A stretch of 61,753 nucleotides of DNA, filler included, from Choristocarpus tenellus KU-1152 (GCA_964200185.2; 10 parts of 10 records of this genome joined end to end with filler, not necessarily neighbours in it), one strand, 5' to 3'. Counted from the whole stretch's first letter, positions 12,348 through 26,407 are shown. The notes: a model not told the origin generated them from the letters alone. Numbers and translations are program-made.

Positions 12348-14187
12348 GATGTGCCTGTTTGTTAAAAGAGGAAACGGGTAGCAAATGCATGTTTGGTCCG
12401 TCACTTATTGTAGCAGTGCCACATACAACGACACAACTTCAAGTGGCGTCCTGCTTTCACTGGACGAGCTACAGGGAGTAGTGATACGGATGTACTGTGT
12501 CCTCACCGTGCTAGATAGCACTCGTGGACCGTTGAAAAAGCAACACCTCGGATGCTCTGACTTGGGTGGCACGAGGTCTCCCCTTGTCGCTAGTGTTGTG
12601 CACAGCTCTATTGAGAACCTAAGTTGCTTTTGTCCCAAAGACTGCAGATTTCCAACCTGGTAGGTCGTTATCCCCCTTCGCTGTCTGCTACAGAAGTATC
12701 TCACCGCTCCTACAACGTTCCGAAAAAGTCACAAGGTTGAACGTTCTAAGATTAGAACCGCCACTCCTTCTCGAGTGGTGGCAAAGGAACGGACGTTAGG
12801 CAGACAAACTCGGACAAGATTCCCAAAGGTCCCCCACACATGTGTTATCTACCCGGGACCTCTATCGACCACTCCACACTATCATCCTCCTCCCTTCCAA
12901 AATTGCAGTCATTAACCATCATTTACGATGGTTACGTTACATGGTAGGACTTATATCCCTATGGACTTGGATCTTGGACATAGTAGCCAGGAAGGTTCCT
13001 GCTTCCTCCCACAATAGATATTTACTAGCATAATATATTCCCGACAATATCTCGAAAATATTGCTGGGAATATTAACATAAATATAGAATGTATTGTTGT
13101 CAGCATCTTGGACACTTATTTCGGTTCCTTTTTTGTGGTATTGGATTGTTGTTGAAAGGTCTTGAACGACAATAGGATATTTTTTGTGAAATGGTTCGTT
13201 ACATTTGTTGAGGAAGCATTCTCTTTTTAAATATTTTGTTCTTAATTTTTACACGTAATCATTTCTACTTTTGGAGAAAGAACATCATATGAACGGACTT
13301 CTTCCTCTTTTCAAATACTGTTATGAGGAACTGAGTTGTAGCCATAAAATTATATAAAATATGCACCGGTCGAACCAATATTTCGCCGACCACCTCTTCT
13401 TTGCAAATCTCCGTTGTACGACCCACCTAGAGAAACAGGTATTGAACTGCAGGGTCTGTTCGAAAAATCGAACTTCCTCGTGCCTTCGTCAAGCAATTCT
13501 AAGAAAGGGAGAACTCTCAAATGCTAAGGACCACGTATCACACAAATTGTATAAACCACGTATCTCTCTCCATCATCACTTTTAATAAACATACTATTTC
13601 CAGTTACTGCAATTTGGAGAGGAAGGTGTGGATTTTTCCAAGTACTATTTTTTTTGTAGGTACAATTAAGGACTGGTAACCTACACGAGTTAAACAAGTT
13701 TGAGGAACTTCAACGCTGGATTTCTTTTCACGAAAAATGTGTTAGTGAAGATGATATTCCACACAGCAAAACCAACGGACTATATTGTGTAGTTCGAGTT
13801 CAGGAAAATATTGGAGGAAGAGAAAAGGGGGACGAAGTATGAAGCAGTCCGAACCCCCGATATCCACATTGCCTTCCAATCCCCCCTGACTCACTAATGG
13901 TGTGTTCCCAGGATGGATGAAATAGACGATTGTGATTGCAATTCCATTTATGGAGGTAGGTTTTTATTCCACCTCTTCCCAAGTTTTCACGAACATCCTA
14001 CCTATCAGAAACAAATCTCCTCACACACCCTCCCCTTCATCTCTCGCTATCTTGCATCATCTGTATCAATATAGAACTAAAATATATATAGCACTTGTCC
14101 TGTTGAAATCTGAATCGAATGCATCGTATACATGCGTGCAAAATGCGTAGACTACGAGTGATGGGAAATCATCATGGTGTTGCGAAG

Positions 14188-14268
14188 GAGCCAAAGTATC
14201 TTAGAGGGTAAAGCTGTGCCCATTTCGGGTCAAAATCCACTGTTGCGATTTTGATGCAATGTTGGCTA
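14188..14268 (+). mobile_element. MITE family A, truncated by contig end
   Basis: GAGCCAAAGTATCTTAGAGGGTA plus left-arm sequence. Confidence 0.85.
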
Positions 14269-14368
14269 NNNNNNNNNNNNNNNNNNNNNNNNNNNNNNNN
14301 NNNNNNNNNNNNTTAATTAATTAANNNNNNNNNNNNNNNNNNNNNNNNNNNNNNNNNNNNNNNNNNNN
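14269..14368. other. Artificial contig-joining spacer
   Basis: N44-TTAATTAATTAA-N44. Confidence 0.99.
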
Positions 14369-14434
14369 CGCACCATTTCCGATCAAAACCATCCTCAATA
14401 GTACGCTCCATCCTCAATTTTTAAAATCCACTGT
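14369..14434 (-). mobile_element. MITE family C end
   Basis: ccatcctcaa x2 ...aaaatccactgt|ta; reverse complement of 5524-5590. Confidence 0.65.
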
Positions 14435-16692
14435 TAAGTACGTGCAGGGAATTTTGTATTTTCTGTGGCAGTGTTTTTCAACAGAGAAATCAATGCTCTC
14501 CAATCAATTCAGTACACTTCACTCATTGAATTATGGGTGGGTCGCCTAAGATTGAAAAGGTGGCTTCAAATGCAAAACGGGCAAAACCTGGCTTCCTCTT
14601 GTTTACTTTGGCTCTTCATGTAAAGACTGTGCTGCTTTTACCCGCGCTTTCTTTGCTCGCAAATCTTGTGATCCAGATGTACAACAATATATACCCCTCT
14701 CTTATGTGTCCTGCACTATACCAAGTCTATGTCGGTCCATGTGGATGTTGCTAGTACTGATTCTTGACCTCTTGTATATATACCTGGTGAGAGTCATTGT
14801 GAGCAGCAATGGCTTGTCAACATATCAAGTATGTGGAAGAAGAATACTCGTGTTTGGACCTACCGCCTGTACTGTGTTGGTTCATGTTGCCTTTCATAAT
14901 GAGCTGTCCCAATACTCCTATTTTTCTTGATGTCTTGGGTCTCTGGATGTGGGTAGCAACCACAGTAGTCACCCTATCGTGGTTTCAAGGATGGAGGAGA
15001 TGATGATGAAGTAACAAGAGGAAGAGAAGGGAACAGAGGAGCTCTCAAGATCAGTTAAGGACAAAACAGTCCAAAGATGGGTGCATGCAGCTTCGAAAGC
15101 GAGAATAACCCCAGAATGTACTTGATTCTTATTTCGAGTAGAAGTAGCGTAAAGTATCTTCAGACAGCTAATATACTGAAATACTGTTGATATCGTAAAC
15201 TTTCGATTCACATACGTTTTTGGACATTGGAAATAATTTTGCAACCACGCTATCAATTGTTTTCCACAAAATTATAATTTGAAACTAAGAGTTATCAGAC
15301 AGTGTGGGTTGTAAATCGATCCTGATTTCGAGAGAAGACGATCTTAACTTTAAATTTGGTTTATGGATCATGTTTAGCTTGTGCCACTTCCTGAGAAAAT
15401 TGATAAAGAAATATTGCACAACGTGACTGCAACCACCTTATTCAGTTGTGCGGTTGTAATGCTTGAAAGCATGTTGAAAGCATTTAAGCGTAGCATTATC
15501 TTGTCTCGTAACATGTGATGTGAAAGCATTGCATGTTTATTTCTTGTAATGTTTTGGACCAGAATGTCATGGGCGTTACAGCCTAGTATTTACTACGTAT
15601 TTTATACTGGAGTAGTGTAAGTGAAATAAGTATTACTACTATTGTCATTGTTGTTATTCTCCGTACTTTATTTAGTGTGGGATTACCAGGAACCTAACTT
15701 GACCCTACCTAGCCGCCCTGCACTATAGCCAGACACGCTGAAAATTGTACTGTTTCTTCTCAATTCAGCAGTATGAACTAACTGCTGTTATTAAACTACG
15801 ATGAATAATCGCACTGCCCTATGTTTCTCTCAGATTAATCTTGCATGTTGAGTCATCTTACCTTAAAGGGGGGTGTCGTTGAGAATTGGGGTCCTTGTAA
15901 TTGCCTTCTTCCCATATATATGCTTCTAGTACCCTGGGCGGAGGGAACTTTCTTGCCAATTCTGTGGACGAGTGCTGGTCTTCTCTTCTGCAGCCTAGAC
16001 AACCTCATACTTGGTATTTCTGCTGTGGGGATTGGGTGCTAGCAGGGAAAGATTACGAAGTCCTGACTACTCAACGAAAGGGCCTAACTAGACCTCCTTC
16101 TAGGAAGAGAGGATGATTTCGTTGACGAGTTAGGCAATACCACTGCTTGTCCTCCCTCAAATGTTGTTGATCAGTACTTGCCTGGTGGCAATCAATCCTT
16201 GTCAATCACAATTCATCCACTGCTGTCACGTCTTTTTTGGGGTTTAGAGCCATTCAGTCTTAGAGGTGGTCTGTTTTGGCCTGTTCAAACGTTTTTGGGC
16301 TCTACAAATTTTCTGCTTGACACTCGTCACCCCAAAAATAGGGCACAGAACACGACAATCCGCATATGATACGCTATACAATAGAAAACAACAATGACCT
16401 CCAAATGCGCTCTAAATAATACTATACAGTACAAAATGCTCGATGATCACATTGTAACAAATGTGCCTGTAGAGGAGAGGATGTCAACATTCGCCCAAAT
16501 GATGAGCACAACAACACTGTCCAGAGTGTACAACGCTAATCAAACCAGAAATACAAACTAGGTAGTTTTATATGTATAATACAACACTTACACCAAAAAA
16601 TATGAGAGAAGAGGAACATCAAAAGTGGAGTTACACGTGAAAAGCCCCATGAAAGCAAGAAGGTCAAGTCTCATTCCCAAAATATTATTAAC

Positions 16693-16950
16693 GAGTCAAA
16701 GTATCTTAGAGGGTAGAGCCGCGTTTTTTTGGGTGCCAAAATCCAATGTTGCGATTTTGATGTAATTTTGGCTATTGTGCTTGTTAGGAAGTGTTAATAT
16801 CCTTGTTCGGACACACCTTTTCATAACGTGTACGTTTTACCTACTCCGAAATATTTCGGAGTAGGTAAAACATAATAACAAACCTGGGGGAAGCCAAGCC
16901 CCAAACGAACAAACAGGGCAAAAATCATACCCTCTAAGATACTTTCACTC
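16693..16950 (+). mobile_element. MITE family A copy
   Basis: Both TIRs present; perfect 38-bp internal palindrome at 16834-16871; aac on both flanks. Confidence 0.92.
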
Positions 16951-17472
16951 AACACCTACCTATCAGCTCCAGCATCAAGAACCAATAGCTAAAAGTAGTC
17001 GAAGGAATGGCATACATCCTCACACATTTACACCTCAGAAAAAAATATCAAGTCCAGTACACCCACCATCGAATAGTGCCAATACTACTATGGAGTGTTA
17101 TGTTGTAACAGGTGCGGAAAAATATTGGGCATCCATCAGTCTACTATTTTACAAGTATCGTGTAAAACCCAGTGATTCTAAACCTAGTGTCCTATGCATC
17201 ATGTAAAAAAAAGCGGCCTTCAAACATTTTGCAGATATCATCCTTGGAAAATTGATGAGATGAAAGAAGCAACACGCCACGTGCTGATTTGAGTCCGTGG
17301 TGAGAGATGCGACATAGTAAGGCAAACTCCTATACGCACGTTTTTTTTGCTGTTTGGTTTTTTTGCTTTTCACTGAAAATCTTAACGGGAAAAAGAGCAC
17401 CTCACACCTGGGTTTGGTGCGAGTTATACTACAGATTTCATTTCGATTATGCTGAGACCATGTATTGTACAA

Positions 17473-17736
17473 GAGTGGAAGTATCTCAGAGGGTACGAGT
17501 TTTGCCCTGTTTGTCCATTTGGGGCTTGACTTCCCATGTTTTTTTAATTTATTTATGACATTTTCCACTCCAAAATGTTTTGGAGTAGGTAAAATGTACA
17601 CGTTATGAAAAGGTGTGTCTGGAACAAGGATACTGACACTTCCTAACAAACATGGTAGCCAAAATACATGGAAATCGCAACATTGGATTTTGGGCCCCAA
17701 ACGGACACGGCCCTACCCTTTGAGATACTTTGTCTC
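17473..17736 (-). mobile_element. MITE family A copy (inverted)
   Basis: Both TIRs present; 4-bp TSD ACAA. Confidence 0.92.
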
Positions 17737-17879
17737 ACAAGACCTTTCACTATATGTCACACCACTCCGCCGTTACGTCTAACCCTGGAAAGCCAATACC
17801 AATACAAGGTTCTTGGAACACTGAATGATGGCTTATGAGGGTGCGGTCACGGGTATACGCTTTGAGCTGAATGCTGCAG

Positions 17880-18240
17880 TGTCATGGGTACTCAGGAGAC
17901 TGAAGAACACATGTGGCTCAAAGACGATAGCTGCTCATTTGAAGTCCTACCAAGCCGTTCCCATCGCCTATGCAATGAGGTCCGCGAAGGAGCCCCAGAC
18001 ATGACCCCCCCCGACTCTTACGAAGGAAGTGTTGGAGCAGACAACCTTGAGAACCGGGAAGAAAACCATTGCAAAGACATTCCTAAGTGCGAACACTTCA
18101 ATATGGTCCAGGTGGACTAAGGTACGGAAGATTGTCACCAACGTGTATATCCCCCGCTGGCTGACGTGTGTATGGCGGTAGATGTTGCTTGAGCTCCTGC
18201 TGTATTGTACGTCACTTTCGTAGGTTACACACCTGAAATC
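17880..18240 (-). mobile_element. Degenerate gypsy-like RT trace
   Basis: TIFRTLVHLDHIEVF resembles LVYLDDILIF, followed by ..SFV..GHV; stops downstream. Confidence 0.3.
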
Positions 18241-18717
18241 CAAAATCACAACAGTTAATGGGGAGTGTCTTAACGTACACACATCATCCAACACTTTTCT
18301 TGCTTCCCAGTCTTGTTTCCGGAGGAAAGTTGCATTCTGGGGAGCAGGAGATGAGCTGCCTGCAGAAGCTGTGCGATCGGTTGTGGAAGGAACAGGATAA
18401 ATCAAGGGTTACCAGGAGTACCATCGACCTTGTTGGAGGAGGGGGGGGGACAAAGGCGAATCTTCAGCAGCGGCTGAGGCTAAAGTGGTGGGGTCTGAGT
18501 CAGGAGGTCGCACTTCCAGTCCGGCCAGCGCCACCCCAGAAAGGCCCAGCAAACGAACTACCCTCGCCTGGATCAGGGGGGAGACCTTTGCCCCAAGTTT
18601 CCCCTATTCCCCCTCCTCTAAAAAAAATGCCAGATGGTTGGGTCCCTCCTTATCTTCTCATCTTTGCAGTATAACAAACCCCTGTCCAATGATGTGCTCC
18701 AAGACTTGATTCCATCA

Positions 18718-19230
18718 TCAAGACCTCATCCAAACAACTTTTCCATTTTCTTCCTTGTACTTGTAATATGCTATGAGCTTATTCCTATGCTCATCAAATC
18801 CCATCTCCATCTCCACATACTCTTCAGATCCTCCTCTACCCTGGTCCCTTGGCATGCCCATCCGTGTGAAATCAGTGTAAGGGTCACTGTAGAAGGCATC
18901 ATGCAGACCATCATCTCCTGTCCAATCAGTGTTGCCCTCCAACTCTCCAAGGCCATCATATGAATGAAGCATGTTTTGCAATACGCATCAAGTGAAGAAT
19001 GTGTTATCTATCTTCTTTCCGCGTGAATATAGTAGTGGCAGCTTGAGGATTCTGAAACGGCCCTTGACTCTACCAAAGAAGCATTCGACATCCTTGCATA
19101 CACTCTCCACTCGTTCACTCCACCTTGCCTGTGCCTGTGTCGCAGAGACCTTCAGGGAGCAAATTGTGCACCTCCACTTCAAATACAAAGATCGGGTTGG
19201 GCAAAGGAATGTTGACTTGCTAGTTTCATA
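18718..19230 (-). mobile_element. PIF/Harbinger transposase C-terminal remnant
   Basis: WSERVESVCKDVECFFGRVKGRFRILK...FFT*CVLQNML matches the Harbinger ESxRKDVExxFGxLKxRF...CxxLHN signature; internal stop. Confidence 0.8.
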
Positions 19231-19291
19231 AGCACTCATTTTAACAGGAGCTAACCCTAACATACGCTTGGCCCTACAGTCACGTTTTTCC

Positions 19292-19391
19292 NNNNNNNNN
19301 NNNNNNNNNNNNNNNNNNNNNNNNNNNNNNNNNNNTTAATTAATTAANNNNNNNNNNNNNNNNNNNNNNNNNNNNNNNNNNNNNNNNNNNN
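19292..19391. other. Artificial contig-joining spacer
   Basis: N44-TTAATTAATTAA-N44. Confidence 0.99.
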
Positions 19392-19616
19392 CACCCCGTC
19401 GCTTGCTCATGAACGACGGGAACACTGGGAAAGGGGGGGGGAAGGGGAGGTCAAGTTCCGGCGGGGTAGATGTCTTCTAGCTCAAAGGCGCGGTTTGAAG
19501 TGGATCATGAAGGGGTGTTCTTGGATCATTGTGGAATGATGTTGAGTGGTGTGAGTACTACTGCTGTGGGGTTGAGGGGAGTGGTAACTTGTGTAGGTTG
19601 ACAGGTGGGGAGGAAT

Positions 19617-19907
19617 GGCTGGCAAGCAGTGACGAAGGGCATTCGCACTGGTTGGTCATCGTATGTGGGGGATGGCTGGCAATCAGTGACGAGGGGCATT
19701 CGCAATGGTTGGTCATCAAATAAATGTGGGGGATGACTGGCAATCAGTGACGAAGGGCATTCGCACTACTGGTTGGTCATCAAATGGGGAGGGGTGGCCG
19801 GCAATCGGTGACGAAGGGCATTCGCACGGGTTGGTCATCAAATGTGGGTGTGGCTGGCAATCAGTGACGAAGGACATTCACACTGGTTGGTCATCAAATA
19901 ATGGGGG
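19617..19907. repeat. Minisatellite, 5 copies of a ~57-61 bp unit
   Basis: Unit GGCTGGCAATCAGTGACGAAGGGCATTCGCACTGGTTGGTCATCAAATGTGGGGGAT repeated in tandem. Confidence 0.9.
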
Positions 19908-20140
19908 TAAATAGGAAACCAGGAGAGGAATGGAGAATAGAGGAATGGCAAACAAGGAATAAAGTGATAATAATAATCCAGAATTCGTGAGCAAAACAAA
20001 ATGGAGTAGTGTATTTGTATTATTTAATATATATATTGTGTGTGTGCGCGCGCGAAAAGTCATAAAGAGGAATCAACTAAGATGGTCTTCTTATGTTCTG
20101 AACCTTCTACTTCATTTGCATTGACAAACTGTTCCATATA

Positions 20141-21904
20141 ATGCTTCATGACAATCCTTTCACGTGGATGCTCAACTGGCTTTCAGCAAGACGGGGCGAC
20201 CGGAAACACCTAGGCTGGTGAACAGATATCTGGACTTGCCCCATACCTCTCAATCCCATGATTTTGCTAACAACCCCAACAGTTTGTACTCAACACTGTC
20301 TTACATAATGTATATCGCAACGTTGACAGGAATCATCCGGCTGCAGCTCTGTCCCTGATATACACATGGTAAGCTGTTGTTGCGGACCTTATTCAACCTC
20401 CCATTCCCCGGGAAGTTGCAACGATAATGCTGTTGGAACCTGACCCCAATTTCCGTCCGTCTCTTTCTTAGTGTATTCACTGTGATGATAGGAATTGTGG
20501 ATGCACTTGATCGACCCACATCTGTTGAACCAAGAGCCAAATGGTGTGGAACTTTCCTCGCATTATATGCTAGTTTGGCATTGCTCGTGAGGTGTGCAAC
20601 ATATGGTGAGAGTACATCCTTCCCCGAGTGATAGAATAGGTGTTCACAGACCAGCTGTGATGACATAATATCGCCCATATGTTTACATTACGTTTGTTCC
20701 CCAGCACGGTGTAAGCCTCATCGACACTTGTTCTTTCACCTTATACAGGTTCGAGAGCTCTCTATGAGTTCACTTGGGCGTGCAATATTGTGATGGCCTT
20801 GGCTAGCTTTGGAATGCTTACTGGGCGACATTTAGTTGTTCAAGCGGCAATGGTAAGAAACTCTGGTCCCATTTGCGCACCAATTCTCAGTGGAGGGGTC
20901 GGATTGAAAAACATATCGACACGCACACGCGCGCGCACACGCACACACACTGCCTCCCGCAGGTGGCAGTAAGTCCTGACCAGATTTTGTGGTATGTAGA
21001 TATGGGAGGCCTCCTGGCAACTGGAGCCTTTCCGGTGGGAGTGGCCAAATATATTTTTTGGGACGACACATCATGGAGCCGTGTTATAACTACAATGCAT
21101 CACTTGTGGTTTCTACCACTTTGCATCTATTCCCTGGTGAGAGGGACACTGACTCCACACCCTTAAATGCAATCTATCAGTCTATCAGTGGAGATATCCA
21201 CTTGGATATTTAAGCACTTTGAAGTATTTTTAGATTGTCAAGACCTCTTTTTACCTTCTCCGATGTCGTGGGCATAGATCCCAACAAGCTACTACTCTTC
21301 AGGTGAGGTATTTAGTGGGTGAGAACCTTCCTCAGTCAGCAAACAGGGTATAGTTATATCAACATTGAGTATGTTCTTGACAAAACGTGGTAAATTTTAA
21401 TCCCTTTTCGACAACGCATCAGGAAATATCACACAGGATTGAATAGCTCTAGAACATGTCATTAGATTTTTCTTCTCAAGTTTTCAACAAACACAAGTTT
21501 ATTTTGCATAATGTTTCTACACCTTTTTTCAACATTCCCAATGATAGGATGGTACAAGGCAACTCATGGGGCTTGGGGTAGGAGGCTGCCTATGGGCTAT
21601 GTGTGTGGTTCTGAGCAGGTGGCTCATCCCAAAGTCGCTTCCTGGCGGACATGGTGGGCACCTCATGAAAGAACCACCTATCAAAATGAAGGAAGGCATT
21701 GCGTCTGATACATACCTCAACATCAATTGCAGTCATGAGATGTGGAAAGATGTGCCATTATTTTCAAGTCTTAGCAGTGCCAATCCTGTGTTGCACGTTT
21801 CTCGTACTTGTGTTGTGGGGTTTATTGCTATATCAGTTAGTCACACTCTCATTGAGTGCAGCATTGCGCTTGCCAAGAGTGGTGCATCCCTTGTATCATT
21901 GTAG
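20141..21904 (+). CDS. Uncharacterised multi-pass membrane protein, complete 6-exon model, 294 aa
   Basis: Exons 20141-20217, 20330-20368, 20472-20605, 20749-20852, 20963-21136, 21548-21904. All introns are GT-AG and phase-compatible, giving 885 nt. Motifs LYEFTWACN, DQILWYVD, FPVGVAKY, TMHHLWF, YLNIN. Confidence 0.82.
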
Positions 21905-24900
21905 GAGATGCGTGGGCTTTGATCACGAGGAATCTATGCTGTGCTGGACATAAGTCTCTTAAATATTCAATAAAGTGGGCTTTGTTGACCTTCTGTTTCA
22001 TTTCATCCTGTACATTTGGCATTGTATGAGGTTGACTGTAGCAGCAACATTGATGGTAATACCAATAGGTTTTCCACACAAGTGCCTTGTTTTGGAATCT
22101 GTAGAAATCTTTTTTCACCAATTAACTCAAACCGCAAGATGAAACAGGCAACAATCTACTGCAATAGTGAAGTGTACACACCACCATTGTGCCTAATCAT
22201 TGATGAACACCAGAACGCATGTAGCACACATGGGAGCTGCAGTGTCTCACAGGCAATATCTCAATCCACTTCCTTGACAAAAGATAACACGTAGATGCCT
22301 CACCATGGCTCTTGGAAAAGAAGTGTATGCCATTCAATGCTAGGGAATAACATTTGACTGTATCCAGGCAGCACCTCATCTCCTGCTCAGTAAACACCCA
22401 TAACCCTCTGTCCTCTCCCACCACAAGTACCTTCTCCCAGTAGCGACTGGTATTTCACAACATGATGGTAAAACATATAAAGAGGTTGAGGCTAAAACCC
22501 ACACTAGGTCACTCACTACATCCAGTAACAGCCTGCACAACCTTCCCTTTGTGGTGTCTATTTTTCAAGGCATTTGATAGAGTACAGGATGTAATACCCT
22601 CAAGAGTGCAAAGCAGGAATGATATTTTGAAGGTGTGATTGGTATGTTATAGTTGAAAGGGTACAATGTAAAACAGACAGACGACAAACTTTCAGTTTGA
22701 CTGGATGTTTAAAAGATTTGTCTTCAGCATCTGACTAGGTCTGGTTGGAAATAGACATAGTTATTACTAGCAAGGTGGGGCTTGCAGTCAGAAAGACAAT
22801 GTGCACGTTGAATCGTAGCTCCCATTGGGCACAGATTGCTATTGTCTTGAACAGGGAAGAGGACACAGCAAAAATATCTGCGGTGCACTGATTTCAAGGA
22901 CAAATCAAAGATTTCAGCTGACCAGATGTGGGGAGATCAGGGGATAGGAAGACGTTACACATTTGCTAACATACACGTATACGGATACTGATAGTATATC
23001 CTTGATACTTCATACTGTCAGCAGTTCTTTCGCTGTCATATCATTCTACTGACTCCATCAATTCTGTATTTGCTTCCCTGGTCTTGAGCTGGCAGGGATC
23101 AGAACACCTGCTGCAATTTTCAAAGTTTAAGGATGAAAGGTTTGACCTGCTTTTAAAGAACATTTACAATAAGATTATACATACATTGGTGCACTTTCTT
23201 CCTTCAAAACTTCAACCTGCAGTGGTGTAATTATTAATTTCAGATATATTCAGTAATATCCATTGTAGTTTTGCCAACCATTTTTTTTCAAAAGTGTTTC
23301 CCCGTCATTTCTTCTAAAATTAAATATTGAGATGAATCAACATTCAGTGTCTAGAAAATGAATTCAAATAATTGCAGGCAGATTTTTGAGGTGAGTGTGT
23401 TTGTCCTTTTCAACCAGATTGACTTGACAAGTATTTGGTTTGTTATGTTTTGCCAAGTTAGAGCGCACATGCTGCAGTCAAAGCATGGGATACAATCAGG
23501 GGAAATAGTCCACACCAAGGTAATATTGTCATAGTTGAGACCCTATCTTCCCTTATTGGCTAATTTTGTCAAAATCAAACTCCATGCAAAGGTTTGATAT
23601 CACTTCCCACCATGCATATCCCCCCTCTCATGCACCTTGAAATACCCGTTGACCACTGGTGGTGAGAACTACCAGCATGTTCATATACGAATCCAATGAG
23701 GCAATGCTTGTCTGCTCCACCAGGCACCAAGAACTGGCGAATTGGAATCCCTCACTTTGATACACACTCACCCATCTGATGCATTAGTGGTAATATCAGA
23801 GTGCCAGACGGGCCCCTATCATTATCAAGCCACCAAAGACAACTCTCATGTCCAGAGTTGTATGAGCAAAGGGTTGTCATGGCTTAGGTTGTTTAGCAGC
23901 ATGGAAATATTATTGAGGAGTTTTGAGGTGCACAACTATCATTAGTAAGAGAAAGGAGAATACCATCTACACCCTCATAGAAAAGTCACCATGGGGGCTT
24001 TGTTGAGGGAAAAAGAGAAAGAGAATATCCATCCACCCGCTACCAACCACAGAGAGCAAATGCTCTTTTTCCCCAGCAAAACCCCCACAACTTGCCCAGG
24101 CACACCTCCTTCATCACAAAGCCTTGTCCTGTCCCTTTCCTCCTGGTTACACTTGAGCATTGTGACTGCTTTGAGGTGGATGTTCTCCAAATTCATTCTC
24201 GTTCTCCCCAACACAGTCCCCAGGGATTTACTCAACCAGGTACACCCCACATTGTTCTTTTCTTCATGATGGTGCTGGAGGACTATCACAACTGGTCGAT
24301 GGACCTTCCTTGCTTCTTTCCACCTCTGTTAAGGCCCCTGCTGTTACCCTGCCAGCTACAAGGATTTTGCGTAGGGGTCTAGTCTAAGTGAAACTATGCC
24401 ACTCATGAATTAGAATCCATTTGTACATCCTATCCTGGGAGGGTGGAGCAGAGGTACCCTTTTTTTGACACTAACAAGACACTCAACCCTCTATTGACTG
24501 CCCATTACTATGTAAACAAAGTGGTAGTGCCCTATGCCAAAGTTGAACTATAAATAGTATAATTTATGTACAATCTTAACACAATTCAGAACAATTGTGA
24601 GGATATACAAACTTGGTAAAATCTTATCCTCTCACAAGACGAATCAAAGAGGAGGGTGGTCACCATCAGACTCCTCGTCAAGAGTACGCCCAATTGGACA
24701 TGTCAACGCCCAAAGTCCATCACGCACAACCCTAGGGCGGGTTAAGACGGAGAGGCCTTCCACACGGTAGTTGGTACAATCTGATTCATGATACTTCAAA
24801 TTGAATATTATGTTAGTATTGCCACTGACATTTTCCAGATGTCACATAGGAGAAAGAAGAGACATAAGGTGAAGAAAACAACGTAGCAAGAATAGATATA

Positions 24901-25336
24901 GGATATTGCAAATATCGAAAAACCACAGTATTTGTTATTGTAAAGGGGCGCCAAAGTAAACGAGAGGTATCCAAGTTTTAGTCATTTTGCATTCTAAGTC
25001 TATTTTCAATCTTTTGCAATTCACCCATATTTCTACGGATGAAGTTCTAAGTTGGACTTGAGAGGGTTGATTTCTCTATTGTTTGAAATTTTTCCGAAAC
25101 ATTTCACAAAATATCCTGTACACATTTGTAAAACGAGAACTTTGCACATATTTGTCAGCATCCTTAAACTGCACCTCTGTTGTGTACCTCTCGATTATTT
25201 TGACTCAGGACTATTTAATGCCATATAAACCAACAAGACTTGAGATAGTGTATGTGAAAAAAGGAAATAAATGTTACTTCGAAGTATTTAAAGGACTGGT
25301 GCAACAACAGAAGAAGAGTTGGAACTGTTCATAATA

Positions 25337-25393
25337 GACTGGCATTATTATGAAGAAGACTGGCATTATGAAGAAGACTGGCACTATGAAGAA
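25337..25393. repeat. Three tandem copies of an 18-bp unit
   Basis: GACTGGCATTATGAAGAA x3. Confidence 0.8.
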
Positions 25394-25804
25394 GGTGATC
25401 AAGAAGAAGGGAAGAATGCTAGGAACCATTCAATCCATCCAAGACCACCAAGCCCGTGTCTGTCTTCAGTCTGAAAAGCATAACAATTCTATTTATAGGC
25501 GAACACAACTTCCTACTCCTGCGAGGTGTTGACACCTACCTAGCTAGGTAGTTCCTGTCTGTGTAGAGCTCTACTACAAAGGTAACATACGACCGTGTAC
25601 CTACATTACAGAAGACAACTTTTTTAGTGAGTGTACCCATCGTCACCATGGTAAATAACGCCTTGAGAACATGATCTTCAGATTTTTTAGGGAGAGTGAT
25701 AGACGCAAAATGATTAGTGTTTTCAGGACGACAAAGAAATTTTGCTTTCCAGACTCTGCAGCCTACCTAAAATACAAACTTACCATAATATATATATATA
25801 TATA

Positions 25805-25875
25805 TTATTTTATTATGCCCTCTGACATTTTGCAGATGTGTCAGGAGAAAACCAATGGAAACTATATACATATGT
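25805..25875 (-). repeat. Dispersed repeat D copy
   Basis: Reverse complement of 1-58. Confidence 0.6.
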
Positions 25876-25975
25876 NNNNNNNNNNNNNNNNNNNNNNNNN
25901 NNNNNNNNNNNNNNNNNNNTTAATTAATTAANNNNNNNNNNNNNNNNNNNNNNNNNNNNNNNNNNNNNNNNNNNN
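25876..25975. other. Artificial contig-joining spacer
   Basis: N44-TTAATTAATTAA-N44. Confidence 0.99.
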
Positions 25976-26012
<37 letters not shown>

Positions 26013-26026
26013 AAAGAAGAGGAGAA

Positions 26027-26072
<46 letters not shown>

Positions 26073-26381
26073 GGTATCCACACCTCGCTCGGTAAGGAGT
26101 TGCCAGATCAGGATAGTATCGCTCTTGGAATATCTGGCACCAGGTTAATAATATCTTCTCCAATTAAAAAAATAAAATTTAGTGTGTTCGATGACATCTT
26201 CTACGCTACACGTACCATTATTAAAACTATTGCACGGTATGATAATTGACCAATCACAGCTCATCAATCGAACGAGGATGTAAAGCGTGGAACAGGCCTA
26301 GCGTAAGAACCCAGCTGTGCAGTCTTCGATGAATCTCCCCGCTGTTCCTGGCTAGCTAACCTCAGTATGTATATATATACA

Positions 26382-26407
26382 TAGGGTTAGGGTTAGGGTT
26401 AGGGTTA
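26382..26407 (+). repeat. Interstitial telomeric repeat (TTAGGG)~4 inside a (TA)n tract
   Basis: tagggttagggttagggttagggtta, flanked by inverted cctcagtat.../...atactgagg. Confidence 0.9.

Noticed and set aside
17149-17700. 183-aa ORF, and similar ORFs at 47709, 48085 and 35255
   Set aside because: Chance translations of MITE A sequence.
19617-19907. CRISPR-like regular repeat
   Set aside because: The inter-repeat segments are short and similar to each other rather than unique spacers; no cas genes; eukaryotic context.
23400-23830. Possible hAT transposase trace (ASDG*...PIRQFLV, minus strand)
   Set aside because: Only one short, frameshifted motif; too eroded to call.
25976-26072. Long poly-A and poly-G runs (also poly-C at ~38930-38958)
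   Set aside because: At or near contig ends; lengths are unreliable and may be sequencing artefacts.
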